Shown: positions 46,983 through 57,163, counted from the first letter of the stretch. The stretch is 64,000 nt of DNA from a bacterium (GCA_027484965.1 JAIXRY010000006.1:130101-194100), one strand, 5' to 3'. Numbers and translations are program-made. The notes: generated from the letters alone by a model not told the origin.

Positions 46983-48093
46983 TACAATATGTCTTTTAAT
47001 ACCCAAAGGTTATATGACTTACCTTTCAGAAATTGCTAGCTGGGAAATGTATTCCAAAACAGATCAGTATGAAAAATATGTTCGTAATCCAAGTAAGGCA
47101 CAAAAAGAAACTGGAAAATACTTTCCACGACTTACTGGATACAAACGCAAGTTCTCACAAGAAGCGAATGTGCGAATGGAGTTTTCAGTACCTAAACTTC
47201 TTTACCTCAACAATCTAGAAGAAATGGAAGATAAAGACTTTCCAGAAGTAATTGAAGCCCTGCAGGACCGACTAAAAACTATGGGTGTAATAGTTACAAA
47301 ATTAGTACTTGAAAATGCTTCTGTAAGCTCGATCCACTTCTCAAAGAACATAGTGCTTCAGGACGGCTATACAGCAAATCATTTGATTTCAGAAATGAAT
47401 AAGGTGGACTTAAGAAAGAGTTTTGATTTTGCTAAGACCAGATTTATGAATGACGGACAGAGTTTATACGCTCATACTACCTCACATCAAATGGTTATCT
47501 ATGACAAAGTATCTGATTTGAATAAGGATAAGAAACGAGCGATAGACAAGGATCAAACACTATATCAAAGAAGTTTATTTGCAGAACTAATAAAGGAAGA
47601 TGAGCAGCAAGAAATAATACGCTTTGAAATACGCTTGAGCCAAAAGCAGAAAATGAACAAGGTATTAGAGGGTTTTGGGTATCAGAAAAATCCAACTTTC
47701 AGACAAGTATTCAATACTGAAATGAGTAAAAAGGTAGTAACTGATTACTGGAAAAAACTTATCAAAGAACGTAATCTTGGACTATTTTCTTTGTCAGTAA
47801 GTATTAAAGATATATTACAAACTTTGTTTCTAGCTAATAAAAAACTCAAACCGAAGCAAGCGATATACCTACTTGGATTGTTTATGCTTGCAAAAGATGA
47901 GAATGGAATGAGACAACTAAGAACTATTGTTTCAAAGCGATCCCACGATAGGACTTGGTATAGGATTGTTAAAGATATGCAGGAAGCTAGCGAGCTTATA
48001 ACCAAGAATAAGCTACGAGATTGGGTTACGCAGATAGATAAAGCGTTAGAAGATTATAAACCATATAAAATTAAAAACTATGAAAAACAATAA
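46945..48093 (+). CDS. hypothetical protein (possibly mobile-element replication/recombination function); likely true start at 47014 (MTYLSEIAS, AAAGG RBS)
   Basis: ORF; context in mobile-element remnant. Confidence 0.45.
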   Translation: MMMYIRIIKSMIDTICLLIPKGYMTYLSEIASWEMYSKTDQYEKYVRNPSKAQKETGKYFPRLTGYKRKFSQEANVRMEFSVPKLLYLNNLEEMEDKDFPEVIEALQDRLKTMGVIVTKLVLENASVSSIHFSKNIVLQDGYTANHLISEMNKVDLRKSFDFAKTRFMNDGQSLYAHTTSHQMVIYDKVSDLNKDKKRAIDKDQTLYQRSLFAELIKEDEQQEIIRFEIRLSQKQKMNKVLEGFGYQKNPTFRQVFNTEMSKKVVTDYWKKLIKERNLGLFSLSVSIKDILQTLFLANKKLKPKQAIYLLGLFMLAKDENGMRQLRTIVSKRSHDRTWYRIVKDMQEASELITKNKLRDWVTQIDKALEDYKPYKIKNYEKQ

Positions 48094-48604
48094 ACAAAAA
48101 TTAAGTGCAACAAAACAGTTTCAAAAAGGTATAAATATAGCTATGGCAAAATACTACAATCAAGCCATTTCAGATAATGTAAAGCGTGCTTTTGAACAAA
48201 AAAGAAGGAACGGAGAATGGATAGGTATTGCACCTATTGGATACCTAAATACTTCTATAAATAAAAAAACACAAACACAGAAAACAATAATTATTGATAA
48301 AAAGAGAGGTCCTATAATACAAAAAATGTTTGAATTATTGGCTAGCGGTAAAGAAACAATTAAAACAATAAAAGAGGAAGCATCAAGAATGGGATTAAAG
48401 GGTCGTAATGGTTCAAAATTATCAATGGCTTGTGTTAATAATATTCTCAAAGATTCTTTTTATTGTGGTATAGCTGTATCAAAAAAATATGGTTCTTATA
48501 AACACAAGTATCCAAACCTCATTAGTAAAGAGCTTTTTGATAGATGTCAGTCTGTTCTATCTAAAACAATTCTCTACTCAAGACAAAGTTGCTATGTAAA
48601 GTAG
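48080..48604 (+). pseudogene. serine recombinase fragment (recombinase domain only, no catalytic N-terminal domain)
   Basis: AKYYNQAISDNVKRAFEQKRRNGEWIG...ILKDSFYCGIAVSKKYGSYKHKYPNLISKELFDRCQ is a diverged copy of residues ~125-260 of the recombinase at 50443..52026. Confidence 0.6.
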
Positions 48605-48641
48605 AGTAAAGTATAATTATTAAGTAAACAAAGATAAAATT

Positions 48642-48818
48642 ATGAAAGATAAAACATTTTATAAAGCAGAAGACCTTGCAAAATTATTAGAGGTAAACAT
48701 TATGACTATTTACCGCTACATTGATGCTAAGAAAATTAAGGCATACAAAATTGGTCGCCAATATAGAATTGATAAAAGTGAGTTTGATGCTTTTCTTGAG
48801 AAAGTAAGAACTAAATAA
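48642..48818 (+). CDS. excisionase-family helix-turn-helix DNA-binding protein (58 aa)
   Basis: Not in ORF track; LAKLLEVNIMTIYRYIDAKKIKAYKIGRQYRI pattern of HTH_17/Xis-like proteins. Confidence 0.55.
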   Translation: MKDKTFYKAEDLAKLLEVNIMTIYRYIDAKKIKAYKIGRQYRIDKSEFDAFLEKVRTK

Positions 48819-48819
48819 T

Positions 48820-49803
48820 ATGAAAGATAAAAAACAAAAAAAGTATACATTGGTTTCTTTATTTGCTGGATGTGGCGGATTGGATTTAGGTTTTACTGGC
48901 GGATTTGAAGTGTTAGGTAAAAAATATACAAAGAGAAATTTTGATTTAATATGGGCTAATGATTTTGAAAAAAATGCTTGTTTAACTTTCTCAAAATATT
49001 TTGATAAAGAAATTGTTTGTGCCGATATAGTAGAGGTTTTGAAAGGAAATTACCCAGATTTATTTTCGTCTCGTATGCCTAAAAAAGCTGACGTTGTTAT
49101 AGGTGGATTTCCTTGCCAAGATTTCAGTTTAGCTGGTAAGAGAAGAGGTTTTAATTCAAAAAGAGGAAATCTATATCAAAGTATGGTTGAAACTGTTAAA
49201 AGATTAGAACCAGCCCTATTTATCGCTGAAAATGTTAAGGGGCTTTTGAGTATGAATGGTGGAGATGCAATTGAAACAATTAAAAAAGATTTTGCCGAGC
49301 TTGGTTACAATGTCGAATATAAACTTTTTCACGTAGCGGATTACGGAGTACCTCAAAATAGAGAGCGAGTTATTATTGTTGGTACAAGTAAAAAGAAGAA
49401 AATGCCACCATTTGTTTTTCCAAAACCAACACATACTAAAGATAAATGGGTTTCAGTCGGAGAAGCTATTAAAGACTTAGAAAAAATTGAAGAAAATAAT
49501 TTCCCTAACCATAGTTGGTCAAGAGCGAAAATGTTTGAAGGTACTCAAGGAAACTCAATAATTAAAAAAGATAAAATAGCTCCGACAATGAGAGCTGAAC
49601 ATCACGGGAACATAGAGTGGCATTGGAATAAAAAGAGAAGATTATCCGCAAGAGAAGCAGCAAGAATACAAACATTTCCAGATAACTTTATCTTTTATCC
49701 TTCTACCTCAAGTGCTTATAAGCAAATTGGTAATGCAGTCCCTCCTGTTTTTGGTTGGCATATAGCTAAAGCAGTTGAAAATTATTTAACTAAGAATATA
49801 TAA
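48820..49803 (+). CDS. DNA (cytosine-5)-methyltransferase
   Basis: LFAGCGGLDLGF (motif I), GGFPCQDFSLAGKR (IV), ENVKGL (VI), QNRERV (VIII), YKQIGNAV (X). Confidence 0.9.
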   Translation: MKDKKQKKYTLVSLFAGCGGLDLGFTGGFEVLGKKYTKRNFDLIWANDFEKNACLTFSKYFDKEIVCADIVEVLKGNYPDLFSSRMPKKADVVIGGFPCQDFSLAGKRRGFNSKRGNLYQSMVETVKRLEPALFIAENVKGLLSMNGGDAIETIKKDFAELGYNVEYKLFHVADYGVPQNRERVIIVGTSKKKKMPPFVFPKPTHTKDKWVSVGEAIKDLEKIEENNFPNHSWSRAKMFEGTQGNSIIKKDKIAPTMRAEHHGNIEWHWNKKRRLSAREAARIQTFPDNFIFYPSTSSAYKQIGNAVPPVFGWHIAKAVENYLTKNI

Positions 49804-49807
49804 ATTT

Positions 49808-50440
49808 ATGAGTGCTGATTTAACTACACTTTTTACAGACAGTAAAACAATAAAGAAAATACAAGAAAAATTACCTGATCTTTTTCAGCTTGCTGAACTA
49901 GATAATTCAAGAGACGGGAAACTTGGTATGGAAATTGGCTCAGCAAGGGAACGTATAATTATCGCTCTTTTAATATATAAGTTTGGTGAATTAAATGTTA
50001 AAACTAATATAGCTATTACATTTGCTGAGACTGATGCTATTGTTTTTGAAAAACCTGTATCAATAAAAACTATAACTGGAAAGAAAATTAACGGAGTAAA
50101 ACTTATTTGGACTGTAGATGCTCAAAAAGCTTTATCATTCAGTCAAAATTATATACCGAGTTGTGATATTTTATTAGTACAAATAAATTGGAATAGTAAA
50201 GGATTTTTTTACTTATTTCCTAAAAAAGCACAAGAGGATGTATTAACTAAAATTAGTAGATCTGAATACATTAAACTTCCAAAAGCAGGAACTAACCCCC
50301 GAGGTGTTGAATTGTCTGGTAAAGCAATTGAAGAACTATCTAAACATCCTCAAACTATGAAAATTGAGATTGATTGGAAAAGAAGTGATATTAAACATAA
50401 TCCATATGAAAGATGGGTTGAACATTGGCTTGAAGAATAA
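49808..50440 (+). CDS. putative cognate type II restriction endonuclease
   Basis: Immediately downstream of the C5-MTase in the same orientation; no recognisable family motif. Confidence 0.4.
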   Translation: MSADLTTLFTDSKTIKKIQEKLPDLFQLAELDNSRDGKLGMEIGSARERIIIALLIYKFGELNVKTNIAITFAETDAIVFEKPVSIKTITGKKINGVKLIWTVDAQKALSFSQNYIPSCDILLVQINWNSKGFFYLFPKKAQEDVLTKISRSEYIKLPKAGTNPRGVELSGKAIEELSKHPQTMKIEIDWKRSDIKHNPYERWVEHWLEE

Positions 50441-50442
50441 TT

Positions 50443-52026
50443 ATGAAAGCAATAAATATATCAAGAGTATCAACAGAGGAACAAAAAGATAATTCGCCAC
50501 TCGCTCAAGAGAACAGGTTAATTAACTATTGCAAAAGCAAATCTTTTGAGATAATAAAAAATTATAACTTCCAAGAAAGTGCTTACAAGGAAAAGAGAGA
50601 TGAGTTCGATGTTATAGTTGAACATATCCAAGAAGTAGCTAAAAAAGAAAAAATAGCTGTATGTTTTGATAAAGTAGACCGTCTTTCACGAAGTGTGTTT
50701 GATAAAAGAGTTGGAATGCTTTACGAAATGGCTTTAGCAGACAAAATAGAACTTCACTTTGTTTCAGACGGACAGATTATCAATAATCAAATGTCTGCTG
50801 TTGAAAAATTCCAATTTGGTATGAGTCTAGGATTAGCTAAATACTACTCTGACGCTATTGGTGATAATGTAAAAAGAGCATTTGAACAGAAACGAAGGAA
50901 CGGCGAGTGGACAGGAGCGGTCCGTTTAGGTTATTTGAATGTGCAACTAGACGCAGAAAAAAGATTACGTAAGGATATTATTATCGATCCAGAACGAGGA
51001 CATTTGATACAAAAAATGTTTGAGTTGTACGCAACGGGTCAATATTCACTTGAAACTATAAGAAACAAGATGACCGAGCTTGGATTACAAACCCTCAAAG
51101 GAAATAGTTTATCAAAAAGCGGAGTTGAAAATATCCTAAAGGATAGCTTTTACTGTGGAATAGCAATTACAAAAAAGTATGGTTCTTATGCTCATAAATA
51201 CCCTAGATTGATTACAAGAGAACTCTTTGATAAGTGCCAACAGATACGCAATAAACGCAATAATCATAAATCAAAAGCACTCACAAAAAAACAGTATATT
51301 TTTGGTGATGGTTTCTTAAAATGCCATAATTGTGGTTGTTCAATTACCGCAGAAAATCATAAGGGTATAAATTACTATTCTTGTACTAATGCTAAAGGCA
51401 TTTGTAAAAGAGTATATATCACAGAAAAGGACCTTTTGAAGCACATATACGAGGTTTTAGAGCGATTTGAGGGTATTACAGAAGAGGCACAGAATCAACT
51501 CGTATCAGAACTAAGAAAGAACACAGAAAGTGAGGTTGTATTCCATAAAGCACAAATAAGTCGCATACAGACCGATTACAACAATTTGAAAGCAAAACAG
51601 GACAGATTACTTGATGCTTATATTGACCAGAGTATTACTAAGGACATCTATGACAAAAAGCATCAAGAGTATCAAGACCAAATACAAGTACTTGAAATTG
51701 AAATGTCTGAACACTCAAAAGCAGATTACGATTACCAAACTACTGTTGCTACAGTGCTTTCTGTAGCACGCAGAGCAAAAACAATATTTGATAATAGTTC
51801 TGAACCTGCTAGAAAAAGACAGTTTTTGAATTACATACTTCAGAACCCGACTGTAAACGAAAAGAAGCTATATTTTACAATAGCTTCTCCGTTTAATTTG
51901 GTACTAGAATTAGCTAGTACCCCTAACTGGCTCGCTTTGACAGACGATTTCCGAACAATAGATTGGGCAAAAGAATATCCATATCCAACAATAAGTTTGG
52001 GTGAAATTAAAGCTCTGGTTTGTTAA
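50443..52026 (+). CDS. large serine recombinase
   Basis: MKAINISRVSTEEQ catalytic motif, recombinase domain, CHNCGC...C zinc ribbon; 527 aa. Confidence 0.8.
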   Translation: MKAINISRVSTEEQKDNSPLAQENRLINYCKSKSFEIIKNYNFQESAYKEKRDEFDVIVEHIQEVAKKEKIAVCFDKVDRLSRSVFDKRVGMLYEMALADKIELHFVSDGQIINNQMSAVEKFQFGMSLGLAKYYSDAIGDNVKRAFEQKRRNGEWTGAVRLGYLNVQLDAEKRLRKDIIIDPERGHLIQKMFELYATGQYSLETIRNKMTELGLQTLKGNSLSKSGVENILKDSFYCGIAITKKYGSYAHKYPRLITRELFDKCQQIRNKRNNHKSKALTKKQYIFGDGFLKCHNCGCSITAENHKGINYYSCTNAKGICKRVYITEKDLLKHIYEVLERFEGITEEAQNQLVSELRKNTESEVVFHKAQISRIQTDYNNLKAKQDRLLDAYIDQSITKDIYDKKHQEYQDQIQVLEIEMSEHSKADYDYQTTVATVLSVARRAKTIFDNSSEPARKRQFLNYILQNPTVNEKKLYFTIASPFNLVLELASTPNWLALTDDFRTIDWAKEYPYPTISLGEIKALVC

Positions 52027-52050
52027 ACCAGCTTTTACTTTTTTTATACT

Positions 52051-52542
52051 ATGACAAAAAATACTAAAACAAACCCACACGGAGCAAACGCTACATTGCT
52101 TGATCCACGTCAGCAATACTGTTGGGATTATTATATAGATATACGCTCAGATACCTTCTCAAACGCCTTACAATCGGCAATAAAGGCTGGTTACAGTGCA
52201 AACTCAGCTACTCACATAACAAGCCAGAAGTGGTTTGTAGAAAAGGTGCGAAAATTAGGGTTTTTAAGCAAAGCTGAACAGATAATAGAAGATATTCTAG
52301 ATATGCCGGTTATGACTGCTGAGTGGCAAGGTACAGGCAAAGAGAGACGACAATACGTTGTTACTGACGCCTCACTGATAAAGATTAAACAAGATACTGC
52401 GAAGTTTATCTGCGAGCGTCTTGGTAAGAATGAAGGATACACTACCAAGCAAGAACTATATCATTCCGGTAAACTGGATTTAGTTACTGGAAATAAAGCG
52501 TTAGATGATTTGTTTGAGGAAGAAGAAATTACCAATCTCTAG
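52051..52542 (+). CDS. phage terminase small subunit-like protein
   Basis: LLDPRQQYCWDYYIDIRSDTFSNALQSAIKAGYSANSA matches the Terminase_2 HTH pattern (L.p.q..Fc..Y....n.t.Aa..AGYS). Confidence 0.55.
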   Translation: MTKNTKTNPHGANATLLDPRQQYCWDYYIDIRSDTFSNALQSAIKAGYSANSATHITSQKWFVEKVRKLGFLSKAEQIIEDILDMPVMTAEWQGTGKERRQYVVTDASLIKIKQDTAKFICERLGKNEGYTTKQELYHSGKLDLVTGNKALDDLFEEEEITNL

Positions 52543-54598
52543 CAGGAGGATTTCTAAATAGATTTATTGCCTCTTTGTCCTTTTCGTTCATAAGAGCAAT
52601 CTCTTCGTCGGTAATGTCTTTTACAAGAGCCTCAATTTCTTCTATTGGATACAAGGGCTCAATACCTTTTTTGTCTAATCTATTATAGTTACCATTTGTA
52701 GACATCACTCGCCCCACAAACCCTTTTAATAAGCTTAGAAGACCCTCTCTGGTGCTAATAAGATTTTTTATATATTCTTTTACTTTATCTTCTCCCTCCC
52801 ATTCTTTCCAGCGATATAATGCGAACACAAGAGATTTTTCCTCGTGGAGTTTATTATCACTAGCAAGCTTGTTGATATCTGCCAATGATATTACTTTGAG
52901 TTTTTCTGCCTCCTCAGCTGTGATCAATGGTTCTTCTGTACGCTGTTGATTATTTTGTTGGTCTATAAGCATTGCTACAAATCTAGTAGAAGGGTAAAAG
53001 GTTTTACTCGTCTTTACTAATTCTTCAAGAATAGCAAAACGTTGCTCTTTAACTAGGTGTTTTATTGCGTGGTAAGTAATGCGTGAAGACTGGGTTTCTA
53101 TGTCATCAAAATCAAACATTGCACTTCGTTCATCTCCAATATCTTTTTCTAAATCCCATAGTGTAGAGATAACAACCTTCATTTTTGTTTCGTCCAATGT
53201 ATCTACTCTATCAAGGATTTTAACGAGCATAGGACGTAGACGTTTATCTTTCGCTAGTTCAAGTATCTTTTCTGAAAAAACTGCCTTATCTCCAAAGCTT
53301 TCTGCGAGAGCATTGCCTTCTACTTCTGATATAGCACCTTCTGGGATACCTAGCTGGAAATAAAAACCAAAGCGTTCAGCTACACACATACGTCGCTCAC
53401 GTTTCCATATCTGATCCCAATCACTGCCATAGTGTGCATTATCAAGATTAGGAAAGAGTACCTCGCAAATACCTTGCATTGGTTTCCTTAAGTCTACAGG
53501 CAATGCGTCTATGAGCTCTTTAAGTTTGGCTTGTAGATTTTTCTTATTGTTCTCTCCATAATCGGTAAGGCCGTGTGATCCTAGAAACAAATTAGGGTTT
53601 GCAGAAATACCAGAGTATAGCGTAGGTGCAAATACTCGTACGGCCTCAATCGCCATAAAATCAATCTGGTTTACATCTTCTTTCTCTACGATTGACCAGT
53701 TAAGGCGAAGAGAACTTATATAACGCTTTATATCTCTAACAGTTTTGAATGGCTTTTGAAAACCCTTATATTGCAAATCGCCCCATCTCTTCTCATCATT
53801 TCCTTCAAGCTTTACCTCTGTGTATACGCCTTTTATGGTCTCATCTAAATCAGCAAAAAGTATTTTTTGTAGTCCTTGTTCATCTGGCATTGGAAGAGTA
53901 AAAGATACTTGTATTATCTTTTTAAGATACTCCTCGCCAGAGCCTTCAGTGTTTAATTTTTCAGCAACTTTCTCTCTGTCATAACAAAGCACAAACACAG
54001 TATTTGGAAAGTTAGCTGTCATTTTAACTAGTTTCATTACAAGTCTAGTTTCTTCTGTATCAAGACGGTCTATATCGTCTATAACGATAACAACTTTCTT
54101 ACCGAGATGTTTGAATAAATCATCTACGTCTCTTCGCTCTTCTTCAAGAGTTTTTTCTCCTCCTTTTAACTTAAATAAATCATTTGCCTTTAGATTTACT
54201 AAACCTCCAAGAACTGTAATCTCTGGGCTAAAAGCAAGCTCACTTTTCTTTGTAAGCTTAGAGACAATTGACCTTACTTTTTTTACCTTATCTTTATCTT
54301 CAATAAATGGTGCTATTTTGGCAAGAAGTGTAGAAAAGAAATCTGTTATAAGTTCATTTTGTCCAGAAAAGTTCCAAGGGTTAAAGTTTATAAAAATCAG
54401 ATTGGGATCATCTTTTATTTCTTTAAGTGCAAGATTTATAAATGATGTTTTACCAGAACCCCAGACACCCTCAATACCGATAACAAAACTTTCTTTACCT
54501 TGAAAAGTGGCAATGAGCTCAGCTACTTTTTTAGCGAGTGGAGCTCTACGAAGTTTATCGTCGTCCTTATCTTCAATTGGGTAATCTGGCATTATCAT
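52529..54598 (-). CDS. KAP-family P-loop NTPase
   Basis: IGIEGVWGSGKTSFINL Walker A and VVIVIDDIDRLDTEE Walker B hallmark. Confidence 0.75.
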   Translation of the reverse strand: MIMPDYPIEDKDDDKLRRAPLAKKVAELIATFQGKESFVIGIEGVWGSGKTSFINLALKEIKDDPNLIFINFNPWNFSGQNELITDFFSTLLAKIAPFIEDKDKVKKVRSIVSKLTKKSELAFSPEITVLGGLVNLKANDLFKLKGGEKTLEEERRDVDDLFKHLGKKVVIVIDDIDRLDTEETRLVMKLVKMTANFPNTVFVLCYDREKVAEKLNTEGSGEEYLKKIIQVSFTLPMPDEQGLQKILFADLDETIKGVYTEVKLEGNDEKRWGDLQYKGFQKPFKTVRDIKRYISSLRLNWSIVEKEDVNQIDFMAIEAVRVFAPTLYSGISANPNLFLGSHGLTDYGENNKKNLQAKLKELIDALPVDLRKPMQGICEVLFPNLDNAHYGSDWDQIWKRERRMCVAERFGFYFQLGIPEGAISEVEGNALAESFGDKAVFSEKILELAKDKRLRPMLVKILDRVDTLDETKMKVVISTLWDLEKDIGDERSAMFDFDDIETQSSRITYHAIKHLVKEQRFAILEELVKTSKTFYPSTRFVAMLIDQQNNQQRTEEPLITAEEAEKLKVISLADINKLASDNKLHEEKSLVFALYRWKEWEGEDKVKEYIKNLISTREGLLSLLKGFVGRVMSTNGNYNRLDKKGIEPLYPIEEIEALVKDITDEEIALMNEKDKEAINLFRNPPARDW

Positions 54599-54606
54599 AA
54601 TGGGTA

Positions 54607-55752
54607 TTATTTTTCTTGTTCTTCAAACTCATCATATGAGCCGATTTTAGCAAAATCAATTTTGTATTTGCCGTCTGGAAGTTTATAAATAACAACAGCG
54701 TCAAGACCTATGTCTTCTAGTTTTTTATAAGTAACAACTTCTCCTTGTGGAATAGATAAGATATCTCTCAATATCCATTTACCGAGTTCTTTATTTGATT
54801 TAGACATAAGGGCTTTACCACCAGCTTGGCAGATTTTGGCACTCATAGTTTGTTTATTTGGTAACATAAGTTCAAAAGGAGTTTCTCTGTCTGGAAAGAA
54901 GTCTGGAAACTTTCTATGTATCCACGCTGGAACAGGTATATATGCCTCATCTAAATCTCTTTTTCTTCCTGCGGCGTTCCATTGATTAAGTCCACTACCT
55001 ACACCAACTTCTTTTTCTTCTCCAGATCTAGTTGAATACAGTGGTAAAAATACGTGGGGGTACTCAGTTTCAATTGGAGAAAACGCAAGATCTGCGATAG
55101 CAGGTAATTCTATAGACGTCAGTCCAGCTAAAACATCAAAAGGGTCTTCAAGTATTTTTATTGAAACTTCTGTAACTGTATCTTTTATGATAAATCTCTT
55201 AAACAGAGTGTTCTTTGAAAAATTAAAAGAATACTCCTCGTGCTTATCTTTGAAAGAAACTGAGGTCTTACTTTCGTCTAGTATTTTAATACTCGCTGTA
55301 TCAATAAGACGCATTGGTGTTTCTAGCACGTGCATTTTTCCTTTAGTTCTTGTAACACAGTGATACATCATCTGTTCAAGGGCGTAGATCTTCATTGTAG
55401 TTTCAATTCTCTCATTTCTTAAACGAGCAATTTCCTGTACAAGCCCTTTCATATCAAAGTCCTTAAAAGAAGAGCTTTTTGCATTAAACTCAGCAACTTT
55501 TTCCATTGTATTACCACGTTTTTCGCCAAAAGTTTTTATTCCAAAACCAATACCGTTTAATGAGGCGTCTGCAGATGTACAGTCTCTTGAGAGATTGTCA
55601 GCATTGAAACTTTTACAGAACAGATTTTCAGCTACTCTATAATCAAGATATGGTTCATCACTCTCAGAATATAGACGAGAAAGAGAGCCCATAATGGCTA
55701 ACATTTTTTTGTAGTATTCTTTATTCTCTTTACTTTGGCTATCTATAAACAT
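54607..55752 (-). CDS. putative type II restriction endonuclease (partner of HhaI-like MTase)
   Basis: Sits between MTase and KAP NTPase with 6- and 8-nt gaps; no recognisable motif. Confidence 0.4.
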   Translation of the reverse strand: MFIDSQSKENKEYYKKMLAIMGSLSRLYSESDEPYLDYRVAENLFCKSFNADNLSRDCTSADASLNGIGFGIKTFGEKRGNTMEKVAEFNAKSSSFKDFDMKGLVQEIARLRNERIETTMKIYALEQMMYHCVTRTKGKMHVLETPMRLIDTASIKILDESKTSVSFKDKHEEYSFNFSKNTLFKRFIIKDTVTEVSIKILEDPFDVLAGLTSIELPAIADLAFSPIETEYPHVFLPLYSTRSGEEKEVGVGSGLNQWNAAGRKRDLDEAYIPVPAWIHRKFPDFFPDRETPFELMLPNKQTMSAKICQAGGKALMSKSNKELGKWILRDILSIPQGEVVTYKKLEDIGLDAVVIYKLPDGKYKIDFAKIGSYDEFEEQEK

Positions 55753-55758
55753 ATAGAT

Positions 55759-56712
55759 TTAATTCATTGCCTTTACAATGTTCTTAGCTACTTTTTCAAT
55801 CACAGTAACAGTAACAGAGTTGCCGGCTTGTTTGTATAATTTACTATCAGATAGATTTTTTGGGATTTTGTATTTTTTAGGAAAGCCTTGAGCGTTCAAA
55901 CACTCTTTTGGTGTTAGTTTTCTAATACCTTTTTTATCTAAAATAAGAGGCACATTATGTCCACCAGTACCCATATTTGCAGTTAATGTTGGAACAACAC
56001 CTCTTTTATTCTCACGAACATATTGTCTACGCCACTGATAAACTGTATCTTTTTTTGTAATACTTTCCTTTAGTTTAGGGTAGAGAGCAGAGTTTTTATA
56101 GTAGTATTTTTCCGGCACATCAGTCTCTAAAATATCAGCAATGGTAACATTTAATTTTGTCGGTTTTGGAAACTCAAAATTATCTATAAACTTTTTATTC
56201 TTGAAACCAACGATATAAATACGCTCACGATTTTGTGGCACATTACCATAGTCAGCACTATTCATAACTTGAGATTTTATATGATAACCAAGAGCAGTTA
56301 GGGCGTCCTCAATAACCTTAAAAGTTTTCCCTCCGTCGTGGTTTTTTAAGTTTTTTACATTCTCCAAAAGAAAACCCATAGGTTTTTTTTCTTTAAGTAT
56401 TTTTACTATATTCAAAAACTGGTTTCCTCTCTCAGTGTCTTCAAATCCTTTTCTGTATCCGGCTATAGAAAAAGGCTGACAAGGAAATCCTGCCAAAAGA
56501 AAATCAAAATTAGGTAGACTTGAAGGTTTTATAGCACCAATATCTCCAACAGTTAGAGGTACAGTATTAAAATTAAGATCAAAAGTTATCTTACAAGCAG
56601 GCTCAATATCGTTTGAAAAAACAGTCTGAAAACCAGCGTTTTCAAATCCAAGTCTTATTCCTCCTATGCCAGCATAAAGATCTAATGTCTTTAGGTGTAC
56701 CTTATTCTTCAT
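55759..56712 (-). CDS. DNA (cytosine-5)-methyltransferase, M.HhaI-like
   Basis: LDLYAGIGGIRLGF, LLAGFPCQPFSIAGYRKGFEDTERGNQF (close to M.HhaI FPCQAFSISGKQKGFEDSRG), ENVKNL, QNRERI, YKQAGNSV. Confidence 0.9.
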   Translation of the reverse strand: MKNKVHLKTLDLYAGIGGIRLGFENAGFQTVFSNDIEPACKITFDLNFNTVPLTVGDIGAIKPSSLPNFDFLLAGFPCQPFSIAGYRKGFEDTERGNQFLNIVKILKEKKPMGFLLENVKNLKNHDGGKTFKVIEDALTALGYHIKSQVMNSADYGNVPQNRERIYIVGFKNKKFIDNFEFPKPTKLNVTIADILETDVPEKYYYKNSALYPKLKESITKKDTVYQWRRQYVRENKRGVVPTLTANMGTGGHNVPLILDKKGIRKLTPKECLNAQGFPKKYKIPKNLSDSKLYKQAGNSVTVTVIEKVAKNIVKAMN

Positions 56713-56791
56713 AAGAGTTATTATATCAAAAAAATACTCTAAAAACTACGCTGTTCTGCACATACAAGAGTATGCGATAGAGTGTCAAATA

Positions 56792-57163
56792 CTAGTCAAT
56801 TATGTTTTTGCTCATCATCTCAGACAAAGCCTTAAGTTTTTGATAGAAAGGGCTCAAATATCGTTCGTATCTTTCTTTATCAAACTTACTGCACATATCA
56901 TCTAAGGCACTGTCTAATTTTGGTTTCATTTGCTTGAGTACCCAAGAGGCATATTCTTCTTTTCCTTTTTCAATGTTGCTAAAGCGTGCTCTCACTAATA
57001 AATCATAGATAACAATACCAGATATAACAGCAAACGGTGTAAGGGCTATAGTCTTAAAACTCCACTGATCAGCCGGTGGTAAATGGGTAAAAAAGTATTG
57101 TAAAAAAATAAAAGACGCTACAACAAGTATTAAATTATATTTTCTATAAAAACTATTTTGCAT
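56792..57163 (-). CDS. small membrane protein (123 aa)
   Basis: Two TM segments. Confidence 0.4.
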   Translation of the reverse strand: MQNSFYRKYNLILVVASFIFLQYFFTHLPPADQWSFKTIALTPFAVISGIVIYDLLVRARFSNIEKGKEEYASWVLKQMKPKLDSALDDMCSKFDKERYERYLSPFYQKLKALSEMMSKNIID

